The position numbers were made by a program, and so were the translations under genes. The notes beneath the pieces were generated by a model. The model was not told the origin of the DNA. It did not search any database and saw nothing but the letters and a program-made list of their open reading frames with translations. Below are positions 1 to 5,728 of a DNA stretch of 7,517 bases, in pieces. Origin of the DNA: a virus (lineage: Duplodnaviria > Heunggongvirae > Uroviricota > Caudoviricetes); IMG/VR virus record IMGVR_UViG_2778261058_000011, positions 1 through 7,517 of that record; one strand, written 5' to 3'. Positions within the stretch are counted from its first letter, which is position 1. Each line of letters begins with the position of its first letter.

Positions 1-5
1 AGTAT

Positions 6-281
6 TTAGCGGGCATGAAAATGGCAAATAACGGTCAAACATCGTGGCGTTGACAGTGAAACCGCTTCCCTGTTCTCGTACAGGAAAGCGATGTACATCA
101 GGCAACCAACACGTATTGCCGGGGTAAATTCCAGCCCGTCTTCAAAACGTTTCCCGATATGCTTCTGGCAGGCTTCCAGCGCCGCATCGGTATACATTTT
201 CAGAAGTTCGCCTTCTCCGGAAAAGTCATCAAGGCGAAGATGTGCCCTGACTTCATCAGGTGTAATTTTGTCTTCACTCAT
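6..281 (-). CDS. head-tail connector protein (gp6-like)
   Basis: ORF-track ORF 6..368 trimmed to the ATG at 279-281 (MSEDKITPDEVRAHLRLDD...), 91 aa. An AGGTGA-like RBS sits about 6 nt upstream and the start overlaps the portal stop by 8 nt. Size, the ITPDEVRAHLRLDD / DAALEACQKHIGKRF pattern and the position right after portal fit gp6-type connector proteins of HK97-like heads. Family call is from memory. Confidence 0.65.
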   Translation of the reverse strand: MSEDKITPDEVRAHLRLDDFSGEGELLKMYTDAALEACQKHIGKRFEDGLEFTPAIRVGCLMYIAFLYENREAVSLSTPRCLTVICHFHAR

Positions 282-1488
282 CTTTTTCACCTTTAATTTC
301 CACAGTCTGCTTCCATGCCTGGCTGAACTCGTCGCCACCTTCACGCGGCGGCATTCCCTCACGCTCACGGGCTTCGTTCGGATTCATGATCCCGTTCTTA
401 ATCCCTTTCTCATACGTGGCGTAACGTTCGGTAGGGGTGGCGCGCAGTAAATCGGCTGAATCAAACTCAACCAGATAACGGGTACCAGGTACGGGAGAAG
501 CCACCAGCAAAGCGGCCTTGATTTGCTGTTCGAAGTTCGCCAGCCACGGACGCATTGTCATAGTCAGAAACGCGCGGCTTGCCTCACTGAAATTGCTGTA
601 GGTGCTGTTGCTGTATTCCTGAAGAAAAATCGGCGACACGTTGAACATACGGGCAATGTCTTCAATGGAGAAGCGACGGGAGGCCAGCCATTCAGCATCC
701 TGGTTACTCATTCCCAGTTGCTTGTAATCCATGCCCCCTTCAAGGATTGGCGTTTTTCCGGCATTTTTCGCCCCCTTGTAGCGTTCCAGTGCGTCTAATG
801 CCTGTTTACCTTTCACGCCGTCCAGCCATTCGCCTGACGTGATAATCCCTGCCGCCATCATGCCATCTTTCATAATGCTGGCTCCGTGGCGCTGTTGAGC
901 AAGGCCAAGCCCCAGCGCCTCACGGCAAATCGTGACAGGGGAGCGCCCCAGAAAGCCATCATCCGAGGCATAGCGGAGATGCAGAACTTCTTCCTGTAAA
1001 TACGTGCGCACCGTTCCTGTACAGGGTTCGGTGATGGTATAGCGGTATTTGTGTGCGCCTGTGCGTTCCGGTACAACACACCCCGGCGCATAAGGATGAA
1101 GTGATTTTGGCTGCCCGTCCTGCCCCCACTCAATAACCGCATAGGCGTTACCGTTCAGCAGACAGTGACGCATCATTGTGCGTTTAAACTGGTAAGGTGT
1201 CTGGCACGAATTAGGCTGCTCATTCAGCAGAATATCTACCGGATGACTGTCCAGCCATTCCCGCGCCTCCCTGCCCTTGTCATTACGTACCAGATACAGA
1301 TAACACGGCATCGTGGCCACCGCCTCAGCGATGACAGAAACCGCGTTCATCACAGCAGGCAATGATTCAGCCGTCCCGGCAGAAACATATTCTCCGGATC
1401 CGGTATTCGGTACGCCGGACAGCGCCAGAAAATCATCAATGGACAGGTTACGCAGATCGCTTTTTTTACGACTAAAAGGCCACCACAT
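274..1488 (-). CDS. phage portal protein (HK97 family)
   Basis: 404 aa from the ATG at 1486-1488 (MWWPFSRKKSDL...), 1 nt after the protease stop. The longer track frame to 1578 would overlap the protease by 90 nt and reads like out-of-frame sequence. Size and overall composition fit HK97-type portals, with an RMFNVSPIFLQ segment that resembles a conserved portal motif. Confidence 0.8.
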   Translation of the reverse strand: MWWPFSRKKSDLRNLSIDDFLALSGVPNTGSGEYVSAGTAESLPAVMNAVSVIAEAVATMPCYLYLVRNDKGREAREWLDSHPVDILLNEQPNSCQTPYQFKRTMMRHCLLNGNAYAVIEWGQDGQPKSLHPYAPGCVVPERTGAHKYRYTITEPCTGTVRTYLQEEVLHLRYASDDGFLGRSPVTICREALGLGLAQQRHGASIMKDGMMAAGIITSGEWLDGVKGKQALDALERYKGAKNAGKTPILEGGMDYKQLGMSNQDAEWLASRRFSIEDIARMFNVSPIFLQEYSNSTYSNFSEASRAFLTMTMRPWLANFEQQIKAALLVASPVPGTRYLVEFDSADLLRATPTERYATYEKGIKNGIMNPNEAREREGMPPREGGDEFSQAWKQTVEIKGEKDE

Positions 1489-1489
1489 A

Positions 1490-2050
1490 TCACAACCCCG
1501 CCAGTTCAGCCCAGCGATGACGATTATTTCCTGCCGGGCGTAATTCAGGGTGCTGTGCAAACAACGAGCGGTGGGCAATCTCCACGCCGGATTCGGGATA
1601 AGCAGGCATTGACGTTATCGTGATTTCACGGAGTTCTGCGGCGGTAACAGTGCGCAGATACGGTTTTTGCGCGATATTCCATTCTTCGCATAATGCGCGA
1701 AAGCCAAAGCTCATTCCTGTAATGTCGCCACGCTCCACCAGCGTAAGCACATCTTTTCCAAGCTGGGTATCAGGCGGTGTCAGTTCAAAACGTAGCCCGG
1801 TGTTGTCCTCACTCAGTACCAGTGTTCCGGATTTGGTGCGCCCCAGCAGTCGGGTATAGTCATGCTCATACAGGCAGCGCACATCATTACCCGCCGCCAG
1901 ATAGTCAGCAAAAGCCCCCGGCGTGAACTGTTCGCGGAATTCGTCCCAGATAATTTCTGAAAGGCTGTTCCAGCGAACGGCATAACCCACCAGTTTTTTA
2001 TCGCTGGCGGTCAGTTCAGATGTACGGATTTCAAAATCGGTATTTTTCAT
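1490..2050 (-). CDS. prohead maturation protease (HK97 family, peptidase S78-like)
   Basis: 186 aa from the ATG at 2048-2050 (MKNTDFEIRTSEL...), with GGAG 7 nt upstream. The track start at 2266 would overlap the capsid gene by 167 nt and is unlikely. The N-terminal GYAVRWN region and the size are typical of HK97 prohead proteases. Confidence 0.8.
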   Translation of the reverse strand: MKNTDFEIRTSELTASDKKLVGYAVRWNSLSEIIWDEFREQFTPGAFADYLAAGNDVRCLYEHDYTRLLGRTKSGTLVLSEDNTGLRFELTPPDTQLGKDVLTLVERGDITGMSFGFRALCEEWNIAQKPYLRTVTAAELREITITSMPAYPESGVEIAHRSLFAQHPELRPAGNNRHRWAELAGL

Positions 2051-2070
2051 CGGTGTACTCCATAAAGCTG

Positions 2071-2092
2071 AAAAAGGAGGCCGAAGCCCCCT
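2071..2092 (-). terminator. candidate intrinsic terminator between capsid and protease genes
   Basis: On the minus-strand RNA, 8 nt after the capsid stop: GGGGGC-UUCG-GCCUCC followed by UUUUU. This is a 6-bp stem with one G-U pair and a UUCG tetraloop. The plus-strand version has an A-C mismatch and no U tract. Confidence 0.45.
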
Positions 2093-2099
2093 TTGCTCA

Positions 2100-3245
2100 T
2101 TACTTGCCAGCCTGAATTTCCAGAATCTTGATGGCGTTCGAATCCACCACACCACCGCCCAGATATTTCTGGGTATAGATGTTAATGAATCCGGGTTCGC
2201 TGAAATCCGGACGGGTACGCGTACCGGTTTCATGGTCAACGATGAAATAACCGCGCTTAAAGTCACCTACTGCAATCACACCGTCCGGCATAAATTCCAG
2301 ATATTCAACCGGAAGCCCCAGCAGAGAATCAGGATCACCAGCCTGTAAACGATCGCGCCAGATGTAATCACCAGTGGCATTTTTCAGTTTTTGTGCGGAG
2401 GCGGCTGTATTTGAGTTCATCACCCATACAGCTTTTTTGCGGTACTTATTGCGTAACGTAAATTTCAGGTCAATCAGCATGTCGGCGCTGAGACTGCCAG
2501 TCACTTTTTTCGCCTGGAGCGTACCGAAAGGACGGGTTTTGTCATTGTCCGCAGTGCGCGGGAAAGCCAGGAAACCTTTAGCTTTTTTCTCGCCGTCACC
2601 GGAAACCAGATCCGTTTCTTCGGTATCAACGAAAGTGTCGCCAATTTCAGAAGATAACCAGCTCATAATATCGACTTCGGAAAAATCGATAATTTCCTGA
2701 GTGGTTTTCGGGTAAGCGTAGATCGGATACAGGCGGATACTGACTTCATTCAGTTTTGGTGTTGCCGTCTGGTTACGTGCCGCACCTTCTTCGCCGTGTT
2801 CAACGACCGCCCCCCCGGCAGAAACCAGTTGCTTAAATTCATTGCTGTGAATGGTTTTAACGGTACAGATTTTACGCATCACCGATTCATCAGAAAGCTG
2901 ACGCATAATTTCTCTGTTCAGTTCCGGGATAACCGTATAACCACCATCAGCCGGGACACTGCCGGACAGGTTGCGGGTTTCCCCGGTCAGAATGTAAGAG
3001 CGCAGTTCATCTTTGGTGATTTTCTCTTCGACGGAAACACCTGGCTGGTTACGCTCTTCATCCGCAACAGCTTCAAGACGGGAGATTTCTGTGTCGAGGG
3101 AATCGGCTTTTGCACGCAGTTCATCAAACTGTTTGCCCTCGTCATCGGTCAGACTGCGGTTTTCACTGTCGGCTTTTTCCAGCAGGGATCGCATCTGGTT
3201 TTTCAGGGCGGTTTTTTGCTGGCGGAGTTCGATTAATTTCTTCAT
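2100..3245 (-). CDS. major capsid protein (HK97 fold) with N-terminal scaffold-like coiled-coil domain
   Basis: 381 aa from the ATG at 3243-3245. The first ~100 residues are charged and heptad-like (MKKLIELRQQKTALKNQMRSLLEKADSE...), as in the delta domain of HK97-type capsid proteins. The remainder is a ~280-aa body of typical size, and protease, portal and connector genes follow directly. Confidence 0.88.
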   Translation of the reverse strand: MKKLIELRQQKTALKNQMRSLLEKADSENRSLTDDEGKQFDELRAKADSLDTEISRLEAVADEERNQPGVSVEEKITKDELRSYILTGETRNLSGSVPADGGYTVIPELNREIMRQLSDESVMRKICTVKTIHSNEFKQLVSAGGAVVEHGEEGAARNQTATPKLNEVSIRLYPIYAYPKTTQEIIDFSEVDIMSWLSSEIGDTFVDTEETDLVSGDGEKKAKGFLAFPRTADNDKTRPFGTLQAKKVTGSLSADMLIDLKFTLRNKYRKKAVWVMNSNTAASAQKLKNATGDYIWRDRLQAGDPDSLLGLPVEYLEFMPDGVIAVGDFKRGYFIVDHETGTRTRPDFSEPGFINIYTQKYLGGGVVDSNAIKILEIQAGK

Positions 3246-3313
3246 GAAGGTTTTCTCGTATTGGTTAAGATTCAGGACGTGAAACCAACACGGAGGGAGC
3301 GCCGCCCGACACT

Positions 3314-3342
3314 CCCGGCATCTCGCAGATCAACCCGGCATC
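3314..3342. repeat. direct repeat pair (2 x CCCGGCATC) in the capsid-operon leader
   Basis: CCCGGCATC occurs at 3314-3322 and 3334-3342 (plus-strand notation), 20 bp start-to-start, inside the GC-rich untranslated region between the predicted promoter and the capsid ATG. Confidence 0.4.
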
Positions 3343-3394
3343 GCGCAGGGGGTCAGGCGGCATTGTGGCGGCTCACGTCTGAGTGCCACACGCC

Positions 3395-3422
3395 AACATA
3401 TACATAAAAATCAGTATGTAAA
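3395..3422 (-). promoter_or_regulatory. candidate sigma70-type promoter for the head operon
   Basis: On the minus strand: TTTACA (3422-3417), a 16-nt spacer, then TATGTT (3400-3395). This sits in the AT-rich part of the intergenic region, just downstream of the upstream unit's terminator. A TACATA-N8-TATGTA inverted repeat (3401-3420) lies within the spacer. Hexamers are predicted by eye only. Confidence 0.3.
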
Positions 3423-3439
3423 CATCAGCCAGAATCACC

Positions 3440-3466
3440 GAACAACCTGGAACAACCACGAACAAA
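3440..3466 (-). promoter_or_regulatory. three helically phased direct repeats upstream of the candidate head promoter
   Basis: Plus-strand GAACAAC (3440-3446), GAACAAC (3450-3456) and GAACAAA (3460-3466), at exactly 10-bp spacing. On the minus strand they read TTTGTTC / GTTGTTC / GTTGTTC and end 18 bp upstream of the proposed -35. Confidence 0.3.
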
Positions 3467-3481
3467 TAATTTACAAAACCT

Positions 3482-3510
3482 GAAAAAAAGACCTGGAAAA
3501 AATCCAGGCC
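3482..3510 (-). terminator. intrinsic terminator ending the replication/accessory unit
   Basis: On the minus-strand RNA, about 10 nt after the 82-aa ORF stop: GGCCUGGA-UUUUU-UCCAGGUC (8-bp stem, one G-U pair) followed by UUUUUUU. Confidence 0.6.
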
Positions 3511-3519
3511 TTTATCGCT

Positions 3520-3768
3520 TTATTGTTTCACTGGATCCCGCATTCTGCGTCTTATTTTCCACAGATATTCGATCATCGCTTCCACCTGCTCACGGTTGGT
3601 TGCGAAAATTTCCCCGGTCAGTGAGCTGCGCAGAAAATCATGATGATCCACAACAAACAACGCATCGGAAGAAAGCAGACGGCGATATTTTTTTGCTGTC
3701 GTGGTTTCCAGATCATCAAAACCATGAAACTTTTTATGTTGCTGAACTTCTTCAAATGTCACTGGCAT
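3520..3768 (-). CDS. hypothetical protein (82 aa), last gene before the terminator
   Basis: ATG at 3766-3768 with a strong AAGGGGGA RBS 4-10 nt upstream. The start overlaps the stop of the upstream 89-aa ORF by 8 nt. No recognisable motif; basic C-terminus (WKIRRRMRDPVKQ). Confidence 0.55.
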   Translation of the reverse strand: MPVTFEEVQQHKKFHGFDDLETTTAKKYRRLLSSDALFVVDHHDFLRSSLTGEIFATNREQVEAMIEYLWKIRRRMRDPVKQ

Positions 3769-4028
3769 GTATCCCCCTTTGCTGCCCGGCGCTGGCGCTT
3801 GTGCTTCTCATTCAGCGCCATCAGCCGCGTTTCAGCCTCCTGCCGCTCCTGTGGTGTCACTTCCCCACATGGCTGGCCTTTCAGGTCGTAACGTGCACCA
3901 CCAGCCATCAGGGCGCGGTAATAGCGCGGAGACTGCGCATAAGATGCCAGCGTCGCACGTAATGCCCCTGGCCCGAATGCCAGCCCCCTGACGGCGATAT
4001 CCTGCATCAGGTCGTCGAATATCCCCAC
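3759..4028 (-). CDS. hypothetical protein (89 aa, or 82 aa if the ATG at 4005-4007 is used)
   Basis: The track ORF begins at a GTG (4026-4028); the first ATG is at 4005-4007. RBS context is weak for both. It is in register with the flanking genes and coupled to the 82-aa ORF. No recognisable motif. Confidence 0.4.
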   Translation of the reverse strand: MGIFDDLMQDIAVRGLAFGPGALRATLASYAQSPRYYRALMAGGARYDLKGQPCGEVTPQERQEAETRLMALNEKHKRQRRAAKGDTCQ

Positions 4029-4062
4029 CTTCAGCGGCTTCGGTGCTTCCCGGCTGAATAAG

Positions 4063-4293
4063 TCAGTCAGGCCACAACTCAGTAAGGCGGTTAACGCGCC
4101 TGCGGTTTTTTCGCTGCCGTTTGGTCATATGCCGCCACGGTGTCGCCCCTGTGGGCTTCTGCTGTGCGTTCTGATTGCCGGGTATCACTTTATGCGCCGA
4201 TGTGGTTTTATCCTGCTGCTGTGCCGCCTGCGTCGTTTCTGACTGCGTGCCGTAAATGCCTTTCGGTTTTCGGTTAATGGTCAGCTTTGTCAT
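4063..4293 (-). CDS. hypothetical small protein (76 aa), Gln/Thr-rich with basic C-terminal tail
   Basis: ATG at 4291-4293 with a GGGGAAGG RBS 1-8 nt upstream. Low-complexity middle (TQAAQQQDKTTSAHK...NAQQKPTG) and an arginine-rich tail (KRQRKNRRRVNR). Could be a disordered nucleic-acid-binding protein; function unknown. Confidence 0.45.
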   Translation of the reverse strand: MTKLTINRKPKGIYGTQSETTQAAQQQDKTTSAHKVIPGNQNAQQKPTGATPWRHMTKRQRKNRRRVNRLTELWPD

Positions 4294-4329
4294 GCCTTCC
4301 CCTGTAATTACTCTGTTCGCTGTTGTGAA

Positions 4330-4755
4330 TTAAAACGGTATCCCGTCCCCGTACGGGTCATCGTGCTGGCCTGTCTGTTGTTTTGCCCTGTTCAGTGCGT
4401 CAGTGGCCTGGCCCTGCTGGCCTTTTTTGCCGCCCGGTCGCGCCGTTCTGGCACTGATTACACTGTCTGCGATAACCTGCCAGCCCTGCCGCGTTTCGCC
4501 GTTCTGGCCTGTCCACTGGCTTACCTGCATGTTACCCGCCACGCTCACCAGTTCGCCTTTCTGGTGCCTGGCCAGTGCATCGGCCTGTCTGCCAAACGCC
4601 AGGACGGATAACCACATCGTCGCCGTTCCGTCATCTGCCTGGCTGCACGGCAGGGGAACCGCCATACTCGCCATCGCCATTTGTGTCCCTTTGCTGGTGG
4701 TCTTTAACTGCGGGTCAGCCACCAGCCGCCCGTAAGCTGCTATCTGTGCTGTCAT
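4330..4755 (-). CDS. ssb: single-stranded DNA-binding protein (short SSB)
   Basis: 141 aa. The N-terminal OB-fold region aligns by eye with E. coli SSB (AYGRLVADPQL... and TMWLSVLAFGRQADALARHQKGELVSVAGNMQVSQWTGQNGE). A Gly/Gln-rich linker follows, and the C-terminal DDPYGDGIPF matches the acidic DDDIPF-type SSB tail. The start overlaps the stop of the upstream ORF (ATGA). Confidence 0.8.
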   Translation of the reverse strand: MTAQIAAYGRLVADPQLKTTSKGTQMAMASMAVPLPCSQADDGTATMWLSVLAFGRQADALARHQKGELVSVAGNMQVSQWTGQNGETRQGWQVIADSVISARTARPGGKKGQQGQATDALNRAKQQTGQHDDPYGDGIPF

Positions 4756-5525
4756 GCTGTATGCTCTCCGTTTTTTACTGGCCCTGTCATCAGTGCGCGC
4801 TTAAGCTGCTTGTGTGAGATATTAAACAGGCAGTTCATTCTTCCCGTTCGCTTCACCCGATAACCCGATGCGACCATTGCGGCGATTAATGCGCCGTTTG
4901 TGATGTATGTCGGCTCTGTTGGTTGCCCGTCGCCCTTAGCTCTTCTCTGATTCACACGCTCAACACAATGTTTCAGGCCGTAGGATGTCGGATTTTTTCC
5001 AGGGAATGATGCAATCTTACAGTCGGTTAGGTTGTTCTCCCTTATCCAGCGTAAACAGCTCATCGCCTCCGCCATGAAGGGCGCATAATCAAGCGGGTGC
5101 TCCCATGCCTTATCACGGCTGTACAGTTCAAGTCCGTCGCGGTTAAAAAAAGGGTAAGCGGCAAGAATTACCGTTACTGCGTGTTTAATTTCCACCTCAT
5201 CATTCTGTCGCTCTTTTTCCGTTCCGTGCGGGTAATAATCAGAACCGCCCGGATTGATGCACCGTTTACCGCTGAAAGGCCATTGCTTCGCCATTTCGGG
5301 TGTTGAGTGATTACCGTCGCTCCGTTCTCGTTGTGCCTCTGTCCACTGGCTGGCGTATTCCGTAAAACTCACCGCCTTGCTCTGTCGCATCCAGTGCGCA
5401 ATCATGACCAGCGTTCTGGTAAGGCTCTGTATATCTCCGTGCTTCTCACACTGTCCCGCAAAGGCCTTGAGCGCTTCGCGTTCTTTGTAGTTCATACCCT
5501 GACAGGTCATATTTTCTTTATCCAT
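4752..5525 (-). CDS. hypothetical protein (~257 aa), possibly replication-associated
   Basis: Long ORF (track 4752..5555 from a GTG). I prefer the ATG at 5523-5525, which has GGGGAG 9 nt upstream; ATGs at 5508-5510 and 5493-5495 are also possible. The stop overlaps the ssb start, and the 5' end lies inside the iteron array. No motif I can assign. Function is inferred only from position between ori and ssb. Confidence 0.55.
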   Translation of the reverse strand: MDKENMTCQGMNYKEREALKAFAGQCEKHGDIQSLTRTLVMIAHWMRQSKAVSFTEYASQWTEAQRERSDGNHSTPEMAKQWPFSGKRCINPGGSDYYPHGTEKERQNDEVEIKHAVTVILAAYPFFNRDGLELYSRDKAWEHPLDYAPFMAEAMSCLRWIRENNLTDCKIASFPGKNPTSYGLKHCVERVNQRRAKGDGQPTEPTYITNGALIAAMVASGYRVKRTGRMNCLFNISHKQLKRALMTGPVKNGEHTA

Positions 5526-5728
5526 TCCCCACCACTCCCCACTTTTGCTCCCCACTTTTTAAATTCCCCACTTGCTCCCCATCTCGTTTTTTGGGTGAAT
5601 CTAATGCTTTGTTTTTCATTGTGTTTTTTACTCCCCACTTTTTTGGATGTATACAGGTCGAAAAGTGGGGAATAGTGTTTCAATTTTGTTAAATTCCCCA
5701 TACTCCCCACTTTTACTCCCCACTTTTT
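5525..5728. repeat. iteron array flanking an AT-rich spacer; candidate replication origin
   Basis: Copies of (C/T)TCCCCA(C/T)TTTT at 5535-5546, 5548-5559, 5564-5573, 5575-5582, 5631-5644, 5694-5701, 5703-5714 and 5716-5728, a degenerate copy at 5525-5533, and one inverted copy at 5661-5671 (AAAAGTGGGGA). The two clusters flank an AT-rich stretch (5585-5630). The array begins at the rep stop codon. Confidence 0.6.

Noticed and set aside
870-1142. Minus-strand 90-aa ORF inside the portal gene.
   Set aside because: It is an alternative frame fully embedded in the portal CDS, with no independent support.
1490-2266. Extended N-termini given by the ORF track for protease (to 2266), portal (to 1578), connector (to 368) and the ~257-aa ORF (GTG at 5555).
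   Set aside because: The extensions overlap the preceding gene by 90-170 nt or run through the iterons, and lack RBSs. Internal ATGs with RBSs and classic stop-start coupling give family-typical protein sizes. Start positions remain predictions.
3295-3310. Minus-strand GGGCGGCG in the capsid leader, matching the first 8 nt of the lambda cohesive end as I remember it.
   Set aside because: An 8-mer match in GC-rich DNA is expected by chance in a window this size, and the flanking bases do not continue the match. It is not evidence for a cos site.
3520-4028. Toxin-antitoxin pair formed by the overlapping 89-aa and 82-aa ORFs.
   Set aside because: The only support is small size and an 8-nt overlap. 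There is no recognisable toxin or antitoxin fold, and overlap of this kind occurs throughout the cluster.
3759-4293. Whether the 76-aa and 89-aa ORFs are two halves of one frameshifted pseudogene.
   Set aside because: They are in different frames separated by a clean stop and a 34-nt gap, and the 76-aa ORF has its own good RBS. I see no homopolymer slip site or continuous family similarity to support a disrupted gene.
5525-5728. Possibility that the short tandem repeats are a CRISPR array.
   Set aside because: The repeat units are only ~11-13 bp, they are contiguous or irregularly spaced with no uniform spacers, one copy is inverted, and no cas genes are nearby. An iteron origin is the better explanation.
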